A stretch of DNA of 20,000 nucleotides from Raillietiella orientalis (taxonomy: Eukaryota): positions 2,720,706 to 2,740,705 of the forward strand of contig JAYWIR010000030.1 of the NCBI GenBank assembly GCA_036172245.1, written 5' to 3'. Shown here piece after piece: positions 1 to 9,949 of the stretch. Below the pieces are notes generated by a model, which saw only the letters and a program-made list of their open reading frames with translations, searched no databases and was not told the origin of the DNA. A program made the translations under genes and the position numbers. Position 1 is the first letter of the stretch; every line of letters starts with the position of its first letter.

Positions 1-1395
1 AGTCACGGAGGCGTCTTTGCGCGGGAACGACGGCGAGGATGTCGTACAAAGGGAAAACGAAGAAAAAACTCCGAAACGGAGCCACAGTAGAGGGAGGACG
101 CCAGCGCGCCATAAGCGTCATTACGCGCCGCGCGAGCGCTTTTTCCGACGCACGCCGGAGGGGATGGCGCGGGGACGCCAAACGACGGCGGATCGGTCGA
201 AGAAAGGCGCCATGTGCGCGTCGGACGCTCAACGGGGAAAGCCGAGAAGAGGGCGGGAAGGCGGCGAACCGTGCTTGCCGCGAGGGAAAGCGCGGCGGAC
301 GGGGTTCCCGCCATCTCCAGGAGAGCTGCGTAAGCGACCGGGGTGTGCCGCTCCTTCGCGAGAGGGTGCAGCGCGCAGCGCCCACCGGGAGGTCGGGATG
401 CAGGTCCCGTGAGCTCCACGTCGCGTCCCCATATAGGCTTTCCTTCGCGCGGTTCGCGTCGGTGTCTCCGAGCAGTGATTCGCTCTCCGCTTTTCGCCTG
501 CGTGCCGCCTCCTTTGCCGCGATTTCCAGGAAGATTCCCAGCAGGCGTGGTCGAGCCTCCAAAAGCGAGCTAAACAGTCAACCTGGAATCCGACTCTGAG
601 CCCCGGGTGGGCAGGGGGGGGGCAAACCTTTGTCGAGCCCTGTTGCGCGCGGGACCTGCATTTTCCTCCGTGTAGTGGCCGTCAGCGGCATTGTATCCCT
701 CGGCGCCCGCCGCTCGCCCGGACCGGGAGCATCTGTCTTGGTCTGCTTGGTTCACGCGAGGAAAGCAAACTGAAAGGTCAACGCGAAATTGCTGACCGGT
801 CTCCGGATAGGCGACGGGGAGCATTTCATCCCGCGCTCGGTCTCACGTGCCGCCCTTGCGCCACTCCGAGCAGTGGTTCGCTGGTACTCGGTCCGCCGTG
901 CTGCGCGCCTCCCGTCGGGAGCGAGCGGATCGCTTGGCCAGGACGTCGTAGGGTATCGGAAAGCTAACTGAACGGCCAACGCGGAATCGGCTATGAGGCA
1001 CCGGGAGGTCTTCGCAGCGCGTCCGTTGGTGCGTCAGCAGAAAGCAAACGGAACGCTCGAAGCGAGAGCGAACGGAGGCGTACCTTGGGCAAGCAGAAAC
1101 GAGAGAATTCAGGGGAATATGAGCGCGTATGTCTTCTGGCCTATTACCGTCCACGATGGAAACCCATCCCGGAATCGATCGCTGTCCCCGTGGTTGATGT
1201 TTTCGATGCTTTTAGTTTGCGTTTTCTCTTTTGCCGCGCCCCTGAAGGGATTACCTGAACTATTCAGCAGTCTGCGTAGCAGCGTCGACGGACGGAACCT
1301 GCAGAGATCCGCCGGAGCGAACCATGCCGAAGACGAGCCACCGAATGGCTCCGCCGGGCGAAAAATTCGTCTCACTTTGCGTTCCGCTTTTCGGT
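1..1395 (-). repeat. GC-rich U2 gene spacer / downstream flank (copy A)
   Basis: Lies directly downstream of the minus-strand U2. About 395-1391 aligns inverted to 8172-8978 (e.g. gtcttcggcatggttcgct; caggggcgcggcaaaagagaaaacgcaa). About 1-430 aligns inverted to about 4535-4975 (e.g. cgccgcgctttccctcgcggca). Confidence 0.85.
400..990 (-). repeat. Degenerate ~197 bp subrepeat (about 3 units)
   Basis: Minus-strand motif ttc.cgttg.c.gtt.agtt.gcttt starts near 985, 790 and 590. A second motif cactgctcggag-like follows about 110 nt later each time (near 875, 678, 477). Confidence 0.7.
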
Positions 1396-1413
1396 CCTCC
1401 CGTGTTGAGGGGT

Positions 1414-1560
1414 AGTGGGCGGATCCCGTAGGTACTGCAATACCGGGTCAACCCGCGACAGGAGAGCAGCAAGCTCCAAGCATCCCGTCCACTTCCAAAA
1501 ATTTAATATACTGGCCACCAGATAGGTGGCGTATCAGATATTAAGCTGATAAGAACAGAT
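1414..1560 (-). ncRNA. U2: U2 snRNA, 3' portion (nt ~39 to end), separated from its 5' end by a retrotransposon
   Basis: Minus strand reads ATCTGTTCTTATCAGCTTAATATCTGATACG (stem IIa), Sm site AATTTTTGG, GGAGCTTGCT (stem-loop III) and CCCGGTATTGCAGTACCTACGGG (stem-loop IV loop ATTGCAGT). The 3' end is approximate. Confidence 0.95.
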
Positions 1561-4530
1561 TTTTTTTTATTAAGAAAATACAAACATAGTACAAATTTGC
1601 AGAATAATTTTGCCGTATCTCCTTCTTAATCTCTCCTGGCTCATGTAAAAAGGGCCATTTAATGGGGTTTCCCATTATCCAACGTTGCATGTAGAGCATC
1701 ACCAGGTGGGTACCCTGAGCGATGCGTCCAGTAGATGTCCCTGCTGTATTTCATAGTACTTGCAATGATTAATTTTGTCATGGTGTCAGAGTACCGACGG
1801 GGAATTTTCAGTTCTTTCAATACTGCATCATTTCTGGGATCCCATGAACCAAGAGAGCCAACCAAGAAGGCGCGGGCTTCTGCGCTGCATCCAATCCTCC
1901 TAAAATATTGAACGATGTCTTGGTACTTGTCTTCCTTCTCACTTCTTGTTGTAGTAAAGGACTCTTCCGTCTTTTCAAACGGACAGGAAACATCCAAGAC
2001 AACAACGGAATTAGCCTTTTGTAAAACTAAGTCCGGACGCAGCGAGCTTCCACTTCCTCTTATGGGCTGATTTGCTGTGAAGAGCTGCCATCCAGCCACT
2101 TTCTCCGCAGCTTTACATAATCTCCTTACAATTTCATCATGTCGGGCAGTATACAGACGAGAGTGCCTCATGCAGTGGTTGAGTACATGAGGCAAGGTCT
2201 CATCGTATAGAGTGCACCTTCTGCAGCTTCTCTCCGCAGGTCTTCTCTTCCCTCCCCTAATCGATGGAAGATTTAGTCGTGCTGCATGAATAAATCGGTA
2301 GTCGGCAAAACGCAAGTACTCCCCATTATTGATAAAAAAACTTGATGCACGATGCAGACCGACTCATCGCATGGCTTTCCCTTGATCAGGATGCAAATTA
2401 ATAAGGTCTAGCCATGCCTGATGTATCTGTGCATCGCGAATCGCAGCAGTGAATCTTCGGCGCATTACAGAATTAAATGACAGGTCTCCTACATGGAGCT
2501 TGACTTCTTGATCTTCAAAACTCTAAGTTGCATGTATCCGGGAAGAAGCTTGGCGACCTGTTGTCCAGATTCTCTTAATATCGCCAGAAGATCTTGAGAA
2601 TTTGTCAGAACAGTCACCACTCATAAATCTTGCCAAGTCTTCGGTGGGTAGTTGCAGAATTTTCTTCTTCACTACCTCACGTAAGGAATTCTTGGCAAGA
2701 TGGGAGACTGACTGATCATGGGATGAAAGCAACTTGAAGCAGCTGTCTATAATGAAGGTGTCCCCTTCATCCGAAAGCCGCATCAATGCCAAACATCCCA
2801 TCTTCCTGTCACCGTATAGATACTCATTTGCAGCTCTCGCTGGAAGATGTAATATTTCTTTAATAATCTTTCGTATTTCCCGATCGACAAACTTCCACTC
2901 TTGTTTTTGATGGGTGCCCAGCCTTTGAAAATGAACAAGGCTCGGAAAATAAAAAGTTCGGAGGGCATCCATTTTTTGCCAAGGCGAAAGGCCAGAGTTT
3001 AAGATCTGGCTTGCTTTGGCAACCATTTCCTCCTTTGAAGGGATATTGGGGAATACTTGAATTCCAAATGGTTTCCCCAAGTAACGGCAGGCTTCAGCTA
3101 ATGTCAAATCAGGAACAATTTGATCTTCAACATGGAGCTGTAAACTTCGGCATCCCTTCGGTGTTTTCCCGGAGTACAGCAATGACGCACACTTATTTGC
3201 ATTGATCTGTAGACCTGCTCTTTTAATGAGAGTTTTAAAGTGATCAAATCTTTGAATTATTTCTTCCTTAGAGTTAGCCATTACTGCCAAGTCGTCAGCA
3301 TAGGCTAACAGGGAACCTTCTCCATAGAGTTCCCTCATTTCACGCAGAAGAGGCTCCATAGCTAAAATAAAAAGCAAAGAACTTAAAGGGCAACCCTATT
3401 TCACTCCTCTTCGCAGAATGAAAGGTCTTGTTGTAGAATTATCCAATTGTATATATGTGGAGCTATCCTGGTAAAGTTCTTTTACCAGCTCCAAAAACTT
3501 CGCGCCAACGTTGATTCTCTCCAACGTGTGAATCAACATATGATGACTCAACGAACCAAATGCATTGGCGAGGTCAATAAAAACCACGCCAAAATCTTTG
3601 GAACATCTTCTGGCCTGGTCTAAACAAGTTTGCAAAGCAAAATTGTGTTCTAGTACACCATCAAATGGCAGGATTCCTTTTTGCTGCGGACGTATTACTT
3701 GATATTCTACAATCCAGTCCCGCAGACGACCAGCCAGACATTTCGAGTACAGGCGAGAGATGGCGTTACCAATTGATATCGGACGCCAATCCGTTATATT
3801 CATAGATGTCGAGTCACGTTTTGGAATCAATACGGTTCGCGTACACTTCCACGAAGATATTATTTTCTTGTGTTTTAACAGGTTGTTAAAGATGGACGTA
3901 AACAACTCTGCCTCAGGGTCTACCCTCTTCCACCCTTAGTAAGTTATACCGTCGAGGCCAGGGAATGAGTTCTCTGCTTTTCTTAGCCAAGAGGCCACCT
4001 CTTCTTGAGTGAAAGCAGACAGTTCTAAAGGAGAAACTTGAGAGTTTATCGCTAGAAGTATATTCCCCGTCAAATTACATTCTATCGTAGGGGATGACTC
4101 CAGTTCTAGTTGAAAATGCTCCTCGACCTTCACAGCGTCGATTTGGCGGTGTGTTTCCATCTGTCCCAAGATTGATCAGAACGAGCTCCAGCGATTTCTA
4201 CGATACAAGCATTGTATCTTCCATTTATTTTGCGGGTCCACTTGCTTAGGTTTACTATGACCTTTTGGTGGATTAATCTTTAAAATCTTCTGTACTTTCT
4301 TCACCAACTCTTCGAAAGCATTATTGAAGTCGGACCATTCCATAATATCCGATTTCAAGTAACCAGAAAAGGCCTTCCTGTCTTCTTCGAATTGATCACT
4401 AATCTCAGTGTGTTGAAGACGTTTTCTAGATTGTCGTCTAGCAACATCGGAAATATGCGTCTCATCAGGGACCTGAGCAATATTGTTTGCTTGTTCTTCT
4501 TCAGATTCAATTGGTCTTTGCTCATGACCT
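1561..4530 (-). mobile_element. Utopia-like (NeSL-related, restriction-like endonuclease) non-LTR retrotransposon, family 1; 5'-truncated and decayed
   Basis: The 3' end TTAATAAAAAAAA is fused directly to U2 ATCTGTTCTT, with a ~100 nt 3' UTR. It encodes RT, a CCHC knuckle and an RLE. The 5' boundary is approximate (4530-4570). Confidence 0.9.
1659..4530 (-). pseudogene. RT + CCHC zinc knuckle + restriction-like endonuclease ORF with five in-frame stops
   Basis: ORF pieces 4176-4559, 3936-4169, 3396-3905, 2523-3377 and 1659-2315 are all in one frame. Motifs: WRPISI, QKG, IDLANAFGS, GVK*GCPLS, AYADDL, YLG, PDQGK, RFADYRFIHAARLN, CRRC-ETLPHVLNHC, RHD, LRPDLV-DVSCPFE-KEDKY. Stops lie at about 4176, 3936, 3396, 2523 and 2364. 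Confidence 0.92.
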
Positions 4531-4534
4531 AGTC

Positions 4535-5886
4535 GAATGGGTTTCGCACGCGATCGCACTGGCTAGCGAATCCCGGCCTATCGGTGGGCGCTGCGCTTCC
4601 TTTCCTCTAGCGGACGAGCGACGAAACTCTTTCCGCCTACGCAGCTAGACGGGAGATGGCAGGCACGCCGTACGCCGCGCTTTCCCTCGCGGCAGGCGCG
4701 GTTCGCCGCCTTCCCGCCCTTTTATCGGCATTTGTCGTGGACCGTCCGACGCGCAGACGGCGCTTTTGTTGGGCCATCTGCCGCCGTTCGGCGCCCGCGC
4801 ACCCTGGCTTTCGGCGTGCGTCGGAGAAACTGCTCGCAAGGCGCGCTGCGCGGGAGGACGCGGATGGCGCGCGCGCGTCGTGGCGAGACGGGGTCCCTGT
4901 TTCGTCGTTTTTTTTTTTTTCTTCTTCGTTTTATGTTTGCACGGAATCCTCGCCGTCGTTTTGATGCGAAAAGACGCTTCCGTGGCTGGCTGCAGGCGAA
5001 CGGCCGGCTGCCGCGCTTGCGGTCAAGTTAGTTCCGCCGTTCCCCTCCTTATCCTCGGGAGCTTCCGAACGGCCGCAGCGCAACGGCGGCAAACGCTGCT
5101 GCATCTCCAGTTCGCCCCGGTCGACACAAACGCTCCCGCCTCCGCCTGGCCACTCGTATGCCGGTGCGGCGGAACGTTCGGACGCCCGGGGTTCGGGAGC
5201 GAGGGCAATCGCGTGCAAAACGCATTCGACTGGAAGGCGGGTTCCGTGACTGCAGCCCTACGAACAACGCACGCAGCCATCATCCTCTTGCCAGCTTTCC
5301 TCTCCGCGCGCATGCCAGCTTCCGCGCCTGCGATTTCGGGGCGCGGGAAGCGGGGAAGGGTGGCGCGGAAGGGGACGCGCCTCCCCAGCGCGGTTTCGCT
5401 GCGCTAATAAGTGCGCGGGAGCGCTCCCGAACGCTCCGCCCCTTTCGGTCACGTTCCGCCCCTTCTTCGGAACAGCCCGCCGCCAGCGGAGGCCAGCGTG
5501 CGAGCGCGAAGCGCATCCCCATGGGAGCGCCGTCGACTAACGAACGCGAAGGCGCCGCTTCCGGCTCAGCGCGACACGCGTGCAGGATGCATTCCGTGCA
5601 GCCATCTAGCCGAATGCGCGTCCACCACGCTCGTCTTCCGCGAGATGGCGCGCACGACGCGGCGTGCCTCGGGCGATCGAGGTCCTCGTCTCGCACGCGC
5701 GGACGGTCCCGCCGCACCGCCCCGCGGGCGCCGCAGCACTGAGCTCGGGAAGTCCAGACGGCGCGTCGCGCGAGCTCGCCGGGCACGTGGGCGCGCTGCC
5801 GCGCCGCAACCGTGTGCCGGGCGGTCCAGCACTGCGCGGAGCACGCATCTTGAGAGAATTACCGATCTTCCGCAGCTTCCCAAGCT
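4535..5886 (+). repeat. GC-rich U2 spacer / upstream flank (copy B), inverted relative to copy A
   Basis: About 4535-4975 is the inverted homologue of about 1-430. The block runs continuously into the U2 5' end at 5887. Confidence 0.75.
5834..5877 (+). promoter_or_regulatory. Candidate snRNA proximal promoter element
   Basis: Lies at -53 to -10 of the U2 start, where PSEs are expected. It recurs ungapped at 9944-9977 (gcg.ggagcacgcatc...aga...t..c.gatc). It does not match a PSE consensus I recognise. Confidence 0.3.
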
Positions 5887-5922
5887 ATGGCTTCTCGGCC
5901 TTTTGGCTAAGATCAAAGTGTA
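5887..5922 (+). ncRNA. U2: U2 snRNA 5' portion (nt 1-36), interrupted copy
   Basis: ATGGCTTCTCGGCCTTTTGGCTAAGATCAAAGTGTA matches U2 nt 1-36 except C3>G. U2 resumes only briefly as ATCTGTTC at 6044-6051. Confidence 0.93.
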
Positions 5923-6044
5923 AGTTTTACTGTGCTTTGGTCGGTCATTTGGCCAAGGGCGCTCAAATCGATTACAGCCAATGGCTGTGAACGATACTCC
6001 ATACGTATCTCCATTCTTATTCTTCGTTTGACCTTATATAAAAA
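5923..6044 (+). mobile_element. ~120 bp A-tailed insert at the Utopia/Keno target site of U2 (probable 3' stub of a U2-targeting retroelement)
   Basis: Sits between U2 ...AAAGTGTA and ATCTGTTC and ends TATATAAAAA. This is the same 3' junction as at 1560. Confidence 0.6.
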
Positions 6045-6051
6045 TCTGTTC

Positions 6052-8003
6052 GATCTCATCATCCTGCACAATCCAATGTACGGGAAGTCTGCGCGTGGAT
6101 TTCCGCACACGGGATTAAAAGCTTGTCGGATCTCCGCCAGGATTGTCGAAGGGGGGACTAAGATCACCATTAAGATAACTTGCTAGGACATTCGATGGGG
6201 CCACGCGTGTTTTACGCGAGACTACGTCTCGGAGCGTGTTCAAGGCAAGGTCAGCCACCATGCGATCTGGGCTCGTAAGCAGCTTGTACGCCAAGTCGAT
6301 CGTCATAATTCCGCTTTACTCTTGAAGGATCATGCAATTCATTCCACCGGACATTTGGGACGTATATAAATATTCTAAGGATGCTGCCTGGGGGAGCGTT
6401 AGAATCTTGATCTTTATCGCATCCTTGACGATCTTGTCCAGTTTCTTCCAGAACGCCAGGGGCTTCTGCCCAAGTCGCAACGCGTGCGTTAGGGCAGGAA
6501 AGAAAAAGGTTTTAATAGCGAAAAGTTTCTGCCACGGGAGAAGGGGACACTCCAGGAGCTTCTGGAAGGAGAGTATAATGTTGTCCTCATCAGCGTCGTT
6601 TTCCATCGCATAAAAACCAATGGGTTTTCCCAGATAACGATAGGTTCTTGTTTCTTCCAGGGCAGGCATTGGCGCTTGAGAAACATAAAACCTGGTGGGA
6701 CGTGCGCCGGACGGGCGGGTATGGGAAATTTGAAGCGAGCCACATTTGCTTGGATTGCTCGTCAGGCCGCAGCGGGCGGCAGCCTGATGAAGAGTGTCAA
6801 TCGCTTTCTGCAGGGTTTGGGGAGATTCACTTATCAGTGCGACATCGTCCGCGTATGCGAGTGTCACACAGCTGGGAACAGAGGCTGCGAGTAGCCTCAG
6901 TATGGGTTCTAATGCAAGGTTAAAAAGAAGCCCGCTGAGTGGACAACCTTGCCTGACACCCGCTCGTATGAGGACCGGTTCGGACGTTCCTTTCTCTCCG
7001 CGAAAGATAGTAGCGGACTCCTCATATAATTCCTTTATCAGGTTGGTGAATTGTTCACCAACGCCACAGTGTATCAAGGAGTCGAACAGGTATTCGTGCG
7101 GAACAGACGAGAACGCATCCTTAAAATCTACCCACTCCACACATATATCCTTGCGATGTCTGCGTGCTTCCTCAATAAACGTATTGAGTGTAAAATTGTT
7201 TTCCAGCACACCGTCAAAGGGCAGGAAACCTTTTTGATTGAGGCTGATAATGCCATTACGCATTATCCAGCCTCGTAGCCTCCTAGCAATGCATTTCGCG
7301 AACACTCTCCCCATGGTGTTCGTGATGGCTATGAAGCGAAAGTGTTCGAGGCTCGTCTCCTGGGGATCGGCCTTTTTTGGGATTAGGATGGAAACACTGT
7401 TTTTCCATTCCTTTGGGAGCCGTCCGTGAAGTAAACACAGGTTGAAGATCCTGGTCAGCAGGGAGCATTGCGGATCTGCTCGCTGCAGTGCATTATAGCA
7501 TATCCTGTCTTCTCCTGGAGAAGTGTTTTCACAGGAGGCTAAGTTCTGTGCGACCTCTTCAGGGAGGAGAGGGGAGAGGTCCAGGGCGTCTGCAGGCGGG
7601 AAGGGGGGGGTAGTAGCAAGCAATTGAGCATCGAAGCTCTTCACTGCGTGAATGTTTTGGAAGTGCTCGCGAATTTCATTCAAGGGGACCGTGCATCGCC
7701 CTTTGTTAATCCCTTGTATTTCTCTAACAGCACGCCTACGATTCGTTCGGTAAATGTTCTGTAGGCGCACGCGGCCGGTTTATTCGCTTTACCCTTATGG
7801 CCGGAGGGATTTTTGTTGGGGTTACGTGAACGAGTTCTCTGCACATGTATCCGGGAGCGAAATTCCTGTAAGACAAGCAGTGTCTTCTCCCAAGTATCGA
7901 GGTTAGGAGTTAGCTTTGCGATATCCTCGAGTTCCCGTATCAAATCGAGGTTCGTGCTGATCGTTTCTCCATGTTCAAAAAAGCTTTCTGCCGCTGGGTG
8001 CAC
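6052..8003 (-). pseudogene. Reverse transcriptase (RT domain complete in 6316-7770), disrupted
   Basis: Motifs SPGED, QKGF, VDFKDAFSSV, GVRQGCPLS, AYADDV, YRYLG, LLPWQK. In-frame TAA at 6316 and 6115; frameshift near 7770. Confidence 0.9.
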
Positions 8004-8160
8004 CTCCGATGTGTCTGGCTAGTCCCTGCGATCATGTCGATGAAGGCGGTGAACGGTTAGACTCGATTCTCGGCAAAGATGTTGAAATGTTTCGCTAGCA
8101 AGAAACCTCCTCACCTGTCGTTCCCATGGAAACCATCAGGTGTTACAATTACGACAGGCG
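6052..8160 (-). mobile_element. Utopia-like retrotransposon family 2, internal fragment (both ends missing), antisense to its host U2 unit
   Basis: Protein is collinear with family 1 from the pre-RT region (LQNIYRTNRRRA) to the post-thumb region (HWIVQDDEI at about 6052). The knuckle, RLE and tail are absent. The right boundary is approximate; spacer homology resumes at about 8172. Confidence 0.85.
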
Positions 8161-8171
8161 AACCTAACGTG

Positions 8172-8978
8172 GAAGCGGAACGCGAAGCAACACGAAGTTT
8201 TCGCCCGGTGGAGAAGCCTTTCGGTTGCGCGTCTTCGGCATGGTTCGCTACGGCGGATCTCTGCAGTTTCCTTTCTTCGACGCTGCTGCAACGGATACTG
8301 CTCAATCGTTCAGGCAATCCCACCAGGGGCGCGGCAAAAGAGAAAACGCAAGCCAAAGGAATCGCAAACAAGAACCACGGGGAGAAGGCAATCGATCCGG
8401 ATACGGGTATCCATCGGGGACGGAGATGGGCTGGAGGAGACACGCGCGCATCTTCCCCTGCATTGCCTCGTGTACGCTTGCCCAACGTACGCCGCCGGGC
8501 GGTGTGGCTTCGAGCGTTCCGTTTGCTATCTGCTGACGGTACAAGGGTCGCGCTGGGCATTGCTCGCGGAGCCTCGCAGCCGAATCCGCGTTGGCCGTTT
8601 AGTTTGCTTTGCTAACGCGAACCAAACACACCAGGATAGATGCTCCCGGTCCGGGCGAGCGGTGGGCGGCGCGGGAAACAATGCCGCCGGCCTCCACTGC
8701 ACGGAGGAAAATGCAGGTCCCGCGGGCCATGGAGCGAGCCACCTGTTGGCCCCCCTCCCGCCCGCCCGGGGTTCTAAGCCGAATTCCACGTTGACGGTTT
8801 AGCTCGCTTTCGGAGGCTCGAGCAGGCCCGATGGAAAGCTTCTTCGGAATCGCAGCGAACGAGGCCGCGCGCAGGCGACAAGCGAAGAGCGAATCACTGC
8901 TCCGAGGGGCGGACGAGATCCGCGCGAAGGAAAGCCTATACAGGGACGCAACGCGGGTCTCCCGGGAACTGCATCCGG
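8172..8978 (+). repeat. U2 downstream flank (copy B), inverted homologue of 395-1391, lacking one ~197 bp subrepeat
   Basis: Collinear alignment from aagcggaacgc (8173) to gcatcc (8976). At about 8585-8610 it jumps from the '985' subrepeat to the '790' subrepeat of copy A. Confidence 0.88.
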
Positions 8979-9300
8979 TATTCGCGTTGGCAGTTCAGTA
9001 GGATTTCAGGGTTGGTACGATTTCAGCGCAAAGCCATCGGTCTGGGTTCTGTGCGGTCCGAATGGCACGGGAGACAACGCTCCCGCGAGCCACTGCTCCG
9101 AGGTTCGGCACTTCATCGCGCGGAAACCGGAGCCGCGTTTCGCGTTGGACGTTCAGTTTGCTTTCAGGGGAGCAACGATTCCGGCGCCGAAACGTCGTCC
9201 CAACTGCGGCACCGCGCGAAAGGCGTGGGAAACAATGCGACCGCGCGCCACAGCTCGGGAGAGCGAAAGGGCTTCGCGCGCACCCGAACGCGCGCTCCGG
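8585..9300 (+). repeat. Degenerate ~160-200 bp subrepeat (about 4 units)
   Basis: Motif cgttg.c.gtt.ag near 8585, 8783, 8981 and 9139. Motif cac.gc.c.gag near 8695, 8895, 9091 and 9249. Confidence 0.7.
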
Positions 9301-9422
9301 TCCAGGAATCGCATGGGCGAGTCGACGCGAGGCCGGGACGGCGCGCTGAAAAGAGCGCATCAACTGCACATCGAGGAATGAGAAAAAATTCGCTTTCGCG
9401 AAATTCACGCGCCGTTAGCATA

Positions 9423-9705
9423 TTTTTTTTTTCCAAGCACACACACTGCACACTACCAAGCCAACCAGTTAACCAAGCCAAGTCCAGGTTGACTAGTTTT
9501 ATGAGAACGTTTCTCTTGAAAAGGAAAATTCTTCTACTCAAGCCATACAAGGAGCAGGCGACGTACCTTAGAACAAGGACTTGTTCGATGAGGATGGCTC
9601 GTTGCACACCGTTACCACGAAAACCCAACCTGCAGAAATCAAAGCTGGTGGGCTCGCACCGCATTCCGGTTACGTCCCTTCCATCCCCTTATCCTCTTTC
9701 TTCAT
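9423..9705 (-). other. Lower-GC island ending in A10 on the minus strand; possible short retroposed fragment
   Basis: T10 at 9423-9432 is followed by about 280 nt clearly less GC-rich than the flanks. No TSD or protein motif recognised. Confidence 0.3.
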
Positions 9706-9949
9706 GCTTCGCTAGGAGACTTGTTGCATTCGAAACAGCCGAGCGGCGATCTTTTCCGCCAGGCAGCGCAAGAAGGAACACGCTCCTCGCGACTCACAGC
9801 GACAGAACGGTCCAGGTACGTGAGAACGCAAGGCAGCGTGCGAGACCGAGAACACGCGAGGAGGCTGCAGCAGAAAATTGTCGCGGGACGTGACTTCTGC
9901 CCGAATGGCGCTCGCCTGGGATGCGAACTTCGACGGCTGGGAAGCGAGG

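Noticed and set aside
400..990. CRISPR-like repeat/spacer pattern
   Set aside because: The repeats are degenerate with about 197 bp period, the context is eukaryotic, and there are no cas genes.
1..1415. Many overlapping Arg/Ala/Pro-rich ORFs here and at 4645-5990 and 8079-10220
   Set aside because: They occur in all six frames of GC-rich spacer, show no domain motifs, and their frames are not preserved between spacer copies.
1659..4530. Alternative genetic code or readthrough explaining five stops without frameshifts
   Set aside because: The stops are a mix of TGA, TAA and TAG at positions expecting different residues (Q, W, others), consistent with point-mutation decay.
5920..6044. Spliceosomal intron in U2 (insert begins GTAAGT)
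   Set aside because: There is no AG acceptor before U2 resumes, splicing would not restore GTAGTA, and the junction is an A-run as in retrotransposition.
8112..8160. 8-10 bp inverted repeat near the right end of Utopia-2
   Set aside because: Short and isolated; cannot be distinguished from chance.
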